A stretch of DNA of 64,000 nt from Rebecca billardiae RCC1528 (taxonomy: Eukaryota > Protista > Haptophyta): contig OZ251232.1 in NCBI GenBank assembly GCA_965240325.2, positions 2,046,001 to 2,110,000 on the forward strand, given 5' to 3'. Every line of letters begins with the position of its first letter. Positions within the stretch are counted from its first letter, which is position 1. The notes beneath the pieces were generated by a model. It was not told the origin of the DNA. It was given only the letters and a program-made list of their open reading frames with translations, and did no database searches. Made by a program: the position numbers and the translations under genes. This document shows positions 56,538-64,000 of the stretch, in pieces.

Positions 56538-59500
56538 TCAGTGGTCGCTCCCCTCCCCTCCCGAGCCCTCGCCTTCAGAGCCCCCCTTGGAGCCGTCGCC
56601 CTCCGACGGGTCTTTGCTCCCGGAGCCGCCCGATCCCGTCCCGCCGGAGCCGCCCGAGCCGACACCGGTCGAGCGCGGCTCGGAACCAGAGCGCTTGCCC
56701 TGCGCGGATGCCGTCGATGTTGGCTCAGGGCGCACGCCGACAGGGCTGCGGTTCTCGTTGGCGTCAGCCGCGTGCATGCCAAGTGCGCCACGCCGGCGTG
56801 CGCCGCGCTCGTCCGACGAGTAGCGTGCGCTGCGCGTGACCAGCTGCGCGCACGTGCAATCGGGGGCGTGCGGCGCGAGGCGGGGGAGAGTGCGGTGAGC
56901 GCGCAAGCCCCCAGCTGGAGCCGCTGCGCGCGCGCGCGCGAGCGCAGGCGCACACCTTCTTGGCGATTTGGAGGATCAGCATCTCCAGGCTCTCCTCGGC
57001 GAGCAGGTGCTGTTCCTTGGTCCTGTTGGGCACGCGGCCGGCGGAGCGCACACGCACAGCGCGGCACGGCACGTCAGACGCGATGCGATGGGGCGCGGCG
57101 CTGGGCATGGCGAGCGCGCGAAGCACGCACCGCTGGAATCGATCCTCGAGCTCGTTGAGCATCGCGGTCATCTCCTGCACCCACAGCGCATGCTGCTGCT
57201 GCGCGTTGCTCGTGTACAGCGCGCGGCGCGGGCGGTTGACCCCGCCCATCGCCAGCGCAACCTCTGTGGCCGTGTGCGGCGTCCGCACGACCAGCTGCTC
57301 GGCCTCGTGGCCGTGCGCTCCCACGGCGCCCGAGTACACGCCGCCGGAGCCCGAGGCAGGGCCGCCGCCCGTCGCCACACCGACCGTGCTCGGCGAGGGC
57401 GCGCGCAACGTCGAGCCCGACACGGGCATGGACGCGTCGCGCTGCCGGCTGGCCGCGCGCAGCTTGCTCGGTCGGCGGATCAGGTGGAGCCGCTCGCGCC
57501 CGAGCTCGCGCGTGAAGTCGCGGTGCGCAAACTCCAGCCGCGCGTCGAGGCACGACGGGTTGGCGAACCGGGCGAAGCTGTACGTGGACAGCTGCTGCGT
57601 GAACGACGTGAGCTGATTGTGCTTGAAGTAGTTCGGCAGCACCTCGCTCGCCAGTTGGTCGGTGTCTGCGCGGGCGCGGGCGTGGCGGCGCGGGCGAGAG
57701 CGCGCGCGAGGTGGGTTGAGCACGCGTGCGCCTCGCGCCACCGCGTGCGGCGAGTGCGTGGGCGCAGGGTGCAGCCAGGCGCTGCGCGGCGCGCGCGCGC
57801 ACCATTGATGACGAACGACTTCCCCGACGGCGCCCAGCGGATGCAGTAGTCCGTCGCGCTCGAGCACACCATGTCGTACAGCTTGAGCACGAACGGCGCG
57901 ATGCGCAGCTTCACGACCGCGGCCGCGTCCGAGAGCGAGCCGCCTGCGTCGTGCGACGTCGACGGGTTGCCGCCGCGCGGGTCGCTCATGCACGCGGAGG
58001 GCTCGCGCGCGCGGCTCGAGACGTTTCCGCGCGAGCTCGACGCCACGGGCTCCCCGCTGCGCTCCGTCGCGACGGGCGGCGAGTGCGTGGGCGCGCTGCC
58101 GACCGCGTCGAGCAGCGGCCGGAGGGACGCGCGGACGCTCTCCGGCAGCCGGCCGGCGGCCGCGACCGTCGCGGCCAGCGCCATCACGTCCTGCTGCTCG
58201 AGCGCCGGCGCGCCGGCGCTCGCCGCCGCGGAGCTCGAGGGCACGAGCGCCTGCGCCGAGGCGTCGGCCGGCGTCGCCGGCAGCGGCGAGGAGACGGCGG
58301 TGGACGCGGGTGGCATCAGCGAGGCCATCACGCGCTCCATCGACGGCAGCAGCGACGTGAGGAACTGCGGCCGCGAGATGCCCGCGTAGTGCGACGGGCG
58401 CTCGCCCGCGGCGTCGCTGAGCGGCGCGACGCAGAGCATGTTCATGAACGGCCTGCGCGCGCGCGTGTAGTTGAGCACCATCACCGTGATCGACTGGTTC
58501 TGGCTGACCGCCTCGGACAGCTTGGCGAGCACCTGCCGGCACGTGCCCGGCCCCTGCAGCACCGCGCACGTCTTGCCGATGATCTCGTCGCGGCGCCAGC
58601 CGCACAGCGCGGTCCACGCGTCGTTCACGTGGACGATGCGGAAGGGCGGGTGCGGCTCGGTCACGACGAGCACCTCGCCCACCACGCGCAGCGCCGCGTC
58701 CAGCGTGAGCGGCATCGAGAAGCGGCTGAGGTCGGCGTTCACGACCTCGCGCGTCTCCTGCGCGCCCGCCGGCTGCGCGCCCGCGGCCGGCGCCTGCGCG
58801 GGCTGCTGCGCAACCGGCCGCTGCGCCGCCGGCGTCGCGTCGCGCATGGGCTCCGCGACTGCTGTGTCGCCGCCGCCCGCATCCTCCATCACCGCGTCCT
58901 CACCGTCGGCAGCTTGCTGCTGCTGCTGCTGCTGCGCTCGGCTCGCCGGCTGCGGCTGCGCGTCCGCGGGCGGCGACGTGCCCGAGTCGTGCACCGCGTC
59001 CGAGGGGCGCTGCGTCTTGTTCGGACGCGCGCCTCGACTGTCCGTCGAGCCCGAATCGTTCTCGCCGTCACGCGCGGACTCGCCCCCATCGTCCGCGGGC
59101 TGTGCCTCCGGCGGCAGCCCCGCCGCCACGTGCGAGGGCGGCGTGCCCTGGTGCGACGGCGGCGCACGCGCGCGCTTCACGTGCGCGGCGGCGTCATCCG
59201 CGTCGGCGTCGGGCATCGGCGCGTCGGGCAGCGCGGCGTCACGAGGAGGAGCCCCGTGCTCCGCGGGTCTGGCGCGCTCCGGCGGGAGCGCCGCCGCCGT
59301 CACGCTGGCCGGCTGCAGCGCCATTTGTGTTGGCAGCGGCGGCACGGGCGTCGGCTCCGCGGCGCGCGCGCCCGCGGCCGTGCCGACAGCGCTCGCGATG
59401 ATCGGGCATCGTCGGCGGCGTGGCGGCACGACCAACGGCGCTCCGCTCGCGCGCTCCTCCTCCAGTGGCGTCACCTTCAGCGTGCCGATGTAGTGCGTCA

Positions 59501-59834
59501 CGTCGCCGCGGTGCCCGCGCACGGGCTGCAGCGACAGCGCGTTTCGGAATGCGGTGCCGTCCTTGCGGTAGTTGACGAGCTGCACGGCGTGCGTTTTGCT
59601 CGCCAGCACCGCGTCGCGCAGCGGGCCGAGCAGCGATGCGTCTGTCTGCCTGCCCTGCAGCATGCGGCACGTGCGGCCGAGCGCCTCGGCCGCCGTGTAG
59701 CCGCACGCCTGCTCCCACGCGGCGTTGACGTGCGTGATGACGAAGGGCGGGCGCGCCTCCGTCACCACGACGGGTAAAGAGGCGCTTGGCAAGCGTGCCA
59801 GCGCCTCGGCCAGCTCGACTGGCCTGTCGTTCAT
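56538..59834 (-). CDS. LOV/PAS-LOV/PAS-HSF transcription factor, ~979 aa, 4 exons
   Basis: GRTCRMLQG...VNYRKDGTAFRN and GKTCAVLQGPGT...LNYTRARRPFMN. HSF DBD PFVLKLYDMV...IRWAPSGKSFVI|D...VLPNYFKHNQLTSFTQQLSTYSF. Introns 57666-57802, 57023-57130 and 56844-56955 are all GT-AG and frame-consistent. Confidence 0.9.
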
Positions 59835-59879
59835 GCGTTCGATGGCTGAGAGTTGCCCGGTGACCCGAGCGGGGGGGCG

Positions 59880-60540
59880 TGTGTGATGAGTCCCCTTCTG
59901 CTTGCTTCTCCTTTTCCAAATGGAGTGCTTCTCAATGAGCGGACGCAGGTCGGCGGCGTCCGATTGGTGGCTTTGGCGGAGATCGATTGGAGGCTCATTT
60001 GCCGCCAAATGACATTCCAGCCAATCACCGTTCAGGCAGCACAATCTTGTAAAATCTCGACCAAACGGTCCATCATGAATATCGAATGCCTTGATCGGAT
60101 TTGCAATCTTCCACACGGCAACTTACTTGCTCCCCGAGTTACTTTTATTACTCCGCGTACTCGCCTTTCCGTCGTCGGTTGGGGTTTCGATGTCGTTCGG
60201 AAGAATTCGTGGTGTGGCTTTGGTGGAACCGTATAGTAAGCGCATAGGCCAAATTCCTCCTTCGAGCTTGGGGTGTGAGCGATCATACCGGTTCGTGAGT
60301 CCGTTCATTCCTTCGGTGAGTCTGGGGAGGATTGATGATGAGATGGCGATTGGTTGCTCTTCTCCCAAATGAATGGGACTGCCTCTTGAACCGTCGTTAC
60401 CCAGATTTGGCGTTCATAATCATCACGCATCTCATCTCCAGGCGAGAGATCCACATCTGATTCTCAAAAGAATATGGGGAGATTGCCGGCTAACCACCCA
60501 TCTTGCCCAATCCAAGGGTCCCAATCCATCCCAGACTGAC
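59880..60540 (-). promoter_or_regulatory. Low-GC upstream region of the LOV-HSF gene with six CCAATC motifs
   Basis: CCAATC/GATTGG at ~59962, 59985, 60021, 60348, 60507 and 60521. GC is markedly lower than in the flanking genes. Confidence 0.5.
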
Positions 60541-60830
60541 CTCCTCTCCGCCATTGTTGCCGCTCGCCAACGCCACGCCCCCGCCGCTAACGGAGCGCAT
60601 GTGCCAGCATACCCGCCGCGATCAGCAATCAGATCGGCGCAGCGATGGCCGACGCTGACCGCCCGGCCACTTGCTGGGCGCATCACATGGCATGGCCGCG
60701 CGGATGACGAGGCAGGCGCCCCACCGCGAACGAGGCGCCGGCGCGGCACCGTCTTACCGGGCCGAGCCCGAGGCGCGGCACGGCGGCCCCCGACACGGTC
60801 TGCACTACAACGTGGTCTGCACGCGCGCGC

Positions 60831-62717
60831 TCAGGCGTCGGCGTCCGACTCGTCGTCCCCGCCGTCGTGGTGCTCGCCAAAAGAGGCGCCGTCGGCCATC
60901 TTGCGCTCGAGCTCAAAGAGCCGCTCGCGGATCGCGCGAAGTGTGCCTTCGTCTGGCGCGGGCGCGTCCTCGGCCGCGCGGCGCGCGTCGTGCGCCGCGT
61001 CACGCCGCGCCGACGCCTTGCCTGCGACGGGCGCGCTCGGGCGCGCGGTGGAGCGGTGCTCGCGCACGGACGTGGCGGGCCGGCGGGCCGGCGGCGTGTT
61101 TGCGCGCGCGTACGCGCCGGCTGCGGGCGCGCTGGCAGCGGCGATGGCGGCGGCGTTGGCGGCGGCATGCTTGTGCCAGGCCTTCTCCGCACGCTCGAGC
61201 ATGCGGCGCAGCTGCGACGCGTCGCGTGTGAAGCCCTCGACGTCGAGCGCGCGCCGCACCTCCAGCCGGCGCAGCTGCTCGCGCAGCCCGCGCACCGTCG
61301 CCTCGAGCGCGGCGATGCGCGCTGCGGACGCCTGCTCGAGCGCGCGATGCTTCTCGGCGAGCAGCTCCTTCGCCTCCTCCGCCGTGTGCAGCTGCGTGCG
61401 GTAGTGCGCCTCGCGCAGCTCGGCGCGCGAGAGGCCGCCCTCCTGCGCCTCCTCCTGCGCGCGCTGCGCTGCCGCCGCCGTCGCCGTCGACGCCGCCGTG
61501 CCCTTCTCGCCGCCGGCGCCGCCGCCCGAGAGGTGCCTCGTCGCCGAGGCCGCGCGCAGGCGCTGCGGGAGGGAGCGCGCGCGACGCGCGATCGCGGGCG
61601 GGGGCGCGGGGTGAGCGCGCGCGGCGTGCGCCGGCCCGCGCGGGGTGCGCGCCGCGCGCACCGTGAGCTCCTCGCGGTCGTGCCGCTCGCGCTTGCTCGC
61701 CTCGTGCCGCAGCTTGAGGTAGTCGCGCATCGTCGCGGCGAGCGTCTGCTGCGCGGTCTGCAGCCGCTTGGCGTCGACCTCGTGCGCGGCGCGCGCGTTG
61801 GAGAGCTCGGCAGCCACGTCCTCCTCGCGCCGGCGCCGGTCTTCGAGCATCGCCGAGATGCGCTGCGTGGCGAGCTGCTCGTGCTCGCGCAGCTGCTGCC
61901 TCAGGTTCGCGACGCTCACGACGAGCGACTCGACCTTCTCGTTGGGCAGGTACACCGTGCGCAGCACGCGCCCGCTGCTCACGCCCACGCCGGCAGCGCC
62001 GGGCTCGGTGGGCGCGCCGGCGGACGAGGGGCGCGTCGACCGACGCAGCGCGCCGCGCAGCGACACGTCCGCGTCCGCCTCGGCCGCCCCGACGACGAGC
62101 TTCTCGGGCGCGCGCTCGTCGCGCGCGCGCGCAGAGCCCGCGCCGCGCGCGCGCGCCGAGTTGTTGCGCTTGGCGTGCGCGCCGCCCACGCCCTTGCGCG
62201 CGCGCGGCGACACGCCGGTGCCGGCGCGAGCGCCCGCGTATTCCGGCGCGAGCCGCTCGGCGGCACCCACGCCGAGCGCGTGTGGGAAGCGCGTGATGCC
62301 GTCGGGCGGCTGGTCGTGCTCGATCGTGAGCTCCTGCGCGACCGGCTGGTGCAGCGCGAGCAGGTGGCCCATCTTGCGCTGGTCTTCGAGCTCGCGCAGC
62401 CTGAGGGCGTCGTTCTCGGCCTGAACCTTCAGCCGCGCTTCGCGCTCCTCCCACAGGAACATGTGCGCGTCGCTCAGGGCCTTCCGCAGCTGCGCATTCT
62501 CGGCCTCGCGCTTGCGCGCCTCCCACTGGGCGGCGTGAACGTCCGCCTGCCCGGCAAGCCGCTGCTCGACCCAGGCCTGCACGTCGGCGAGCTCGCGCTC
62601 GGCGTGCTCGACACGCTGCTTGTAGTACGCCAGGCGCGACTCGAGGTTGAGGCGCTCCGCGAGCCCGTCGCCCAGGTCCTCGCCCACCGCCGCCAGGGCG
62701 CCGCCGGCGCCCGGCAT
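60831..62717 (-). CDS. CCDC77: Coiled-coil domain-containing protein 77-like
   Basis: LAYYKQRV...LRKALSDAHMFLWEEREARLKVQAENDALRLRELEDQRKMGHLLAL matches the recalled CCDC77 N-terminal signature. Probable in-frame intron 61563-61661. Confidence 0.8.
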   Translation of the reverse strand: MPGAGGALAAVGEDLGDGLAERLNLESRLAYYKQRVEHAERELADVQAWVEQRLAGQADVHAAQWEARKREAENAQLRKALSDAHMFLWEEREARLKVQAENDALRLRELEDQRKMGHLLALHQPVAQELTIEHDQPPDGITRFPHALGVGAAERLAPEYAGARAGTGVSPRARKGVGGAHAKRNNSARARGAGSARARDERAPEKLVVGAAEADADVSLRGALRRSTRPSSAGAPTEPGAAGVGVSSGRVLRTVYLPNEKVESLVVSVANLRQQLREHEQLATQRISAMLEDRRRREEDVAAELSNARAAHEVDAKRLQTAQQTLAATMRDYLKLRHEASKRERHDREELTVRAARTPRGPAHAARAHPAPPPAIARRARSLPQRLRAASATRHLSGGGAGGEKGTAASTATAAAAQRAQEEAQEGGLSRAELREAHYRTQLHTAEEAKELLAEKHRALEQASAARIAALEATVRGLREQLRRLEVRRALDVEGFTRDASQLRRMLERAEKAWHKHAAANAAAIAAASAPAAGAYARANTPPARRPATSVREHRSTARPSAPVAGKASARRDAAHDARRAAEDAPAPDEGTLRAIRERLFELERKMADGASFGEHHDGGDDESDADA

Positions 62718-62953
62718 GTTTGAACCTGACTGAACTGTTCGCCTGGCGGCAAGCAAGCCAAGCTGAAAGCAAGGCGTTCGTCCGGGCGCGCGGGGAGAGG
62801 GCAAGTTGAAAGTCCGGGGGGCACCTGCCGACGACAGCATCAGCCCGCAGCCGCCCTGCGCCCAGCCAACACGGGCCACGTGCGTACTGCGCGTGCCCAG
62901 CCTCAAGGCCGAGGCGAGCGCGCGCCGAAGCGGCGCCTACGCCGCGGTTGGGC

Positions 62954-64000
62954 ATGGCCGAGGCCGAGAAAGACGCCGCGCACAAGGCGCACCGCGCGCG
63001 CAAGGCCAAGGGCGCAAAGGCCGCGCACAAGAAGGGCGCGGTCGCGGCGGCAAAGGCAAACCGCGGCGCGGGCAACAAGCACAACAACCCCAAGGCGTTC
63101 AAGTCATTCGCCGGGCCGGGCGGCGTGCGCAGCGCGGTGCGCACGCTCGAGAAGCGCGAGAAGCGGCAGCACGCACCGGTCGTCGATCGCTCCGCCGAGG
63201 TCGTGCTGCCCGCACCGTTTGTGGTCGCGGTCGTCGGCCCGCCGCAGTGCGGCAAGTCGACCGTGATCAAGTCGCTGGTGAAGCACCACACGCGCCAGTC
63301 GATCACGGGCGACATCAAGGGGCCGATCACCGTCGTCACCGGCAAGTCGCGCCGCCTCACCTTCATCGAGTGCCCGAACGACCTGCACGCGATGTGCGAC
63401 GTCGCCAAGATCGCCGACCTCGTGCTGCTGCTCGTCGACGGCTCGTTCGGCTTCGAGATGGAGGTGTTCGAGTTCCTCAACGTGTGCCAGGTGCACGGCT
63501 TCCCGCGCATCATGGGCGTGCTCACGCACCTCGACCACTTCCGCAACAACAAGGCGCTGCGGCGCACCAAGAAGGCGCTGAAGCACCGCTTCTGGACGGA
63601 GATCTACGACGGCGCCAAGCTCTTCTACTTCTCGGGGCTGAGCCACGGCCGCTACCCAAAGTCGGAGGTGCAGAACCTCTCGCGCTTCATCTCGGTGATG
63701 CGCTTCCGCCCGCTGTCGTGGCGCAACACGCACGCCGCCGTGCTCGCCGACCGCATGGAGGACCTCACGCCGCCGGCCGCGCTCCGCCTCACGCCGACGA
63801 CCGATCGGACCATCTCGCTGTACGGGTACGTGCGCGGCACGTATCTCAAGCCGCGCTCGACCGTGCACGTCGCCGGCGTCGGCGACTTCGCGCTCGACGC
63901 GCTCGACGTGCTGCCCGACCCGTGCCCGCCGCCCGACGCGCGCCCGGCCGGCGCGAGAAAAGCCACGCTGCGCGACCGCGAGAAGCACATCTACGCGCCG
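62954..64000 (+). CDS. BMS1: Ribosome biogenesis GTPase BMS1, 5' part (runs off the window)
   Basis: NPKAF, VVAVVGPPQCGKSTVIKSLVK, GPITVVTGKSRRLTFIECPND, AKIADLVLLLVDGSFGFEME, HGFPRIMGVLTHLD and LKHRFWTEIYDGAKLFY motifs. Confidence 0.97.
   Translation, partial: MAEAEKDAAHKAHRARKAKGAKAAHKKGAVAAAKANRGAGNKHNNPKAFKSFAGPGGVRSAVRTLEKREKRQHAPVVDRSAEVVLPAPFVVAVVGPPQCGKSTVIKSLVKHHTRQSITGDIKGPITVVTGKSRRLTFIECPNDLHAMCDVAKIADLVLLLVDGSFGFEMEVFEFLNVCQVHGFPRIMGVLTHLDHFRNNKALRRTKKALKHRFWTEIYDGAKLFYFSGLSHGRYPKSEVQNLSRFISVMRFRPLSWRNTHAAVLADRMEDLTPPAALRLTPTTDRTISLYGYVRGTYLKPRSTVHVAGVGDFALDALDVLPDPCPPPDARPAGARKATLRDREKHIYAP

Noticed and set aside
59880-60470. C/D snoRNA cluster (TGATGA motifs)
   Set aside because: No convincing C/D pairs with terminal stems or recognisable rRNA guide sequences.
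61000-63988. 856-aa and 294-aa minus-strand ORFs
   Set aside because: Shadows of BMS1 and alternative frames of CCDC77.

Overview
Very GC-rich eukaryotic nuclear DNA with short (85-137 bp) GT-AG introns and compact, often divergent genes. The composition and a LOV-LOV-HSF gene suggest a haptophyte alga (inference only). 1-17 kb is transposon-derived. It is dominated by a 12.3-kb composite element: two direct 778-bp MITE copies, TA only at the outer ends, enclosing seven head-to-tail ~1.53-kb TG...CA units joined by a CTG trinucleotide that matches a Tc1/mariner excision footprint. 18.8-23.1 kb holds a 2OG-Fe(II) oxygenase preceded by an ATGA-overlapping 47-aa membrane ORF, and a Pro-rich surface protein gene. 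23.4-43.3 kb is a ~19.8-kb accessory segment bracketed by a ~950-bp direct duplication. It starts at a Helitron-like 5' end, contains several TIR elements and a ~1800-aa FHA-FHA-AP2-AP2-Myb-like gene, and ends in a ~205-213-bp satellite. 44-64 kb is gene-dense: 2OG oxygenase, Cys-less pentameric ligand-gated channel, unknown protein, ADP-ribosylglycohydrolase, 2OG-TPR protein, DnaJ-TPR protein, LOV-LOV-HSF, CCDC77-like protein and the 5' part of BMS1. No rRNA, tRNA or CRISPR array was recognised. Most ORFs in the supplied track are GC-bias artefacts. All calls come from reading the sequence by eye; no searches were run.
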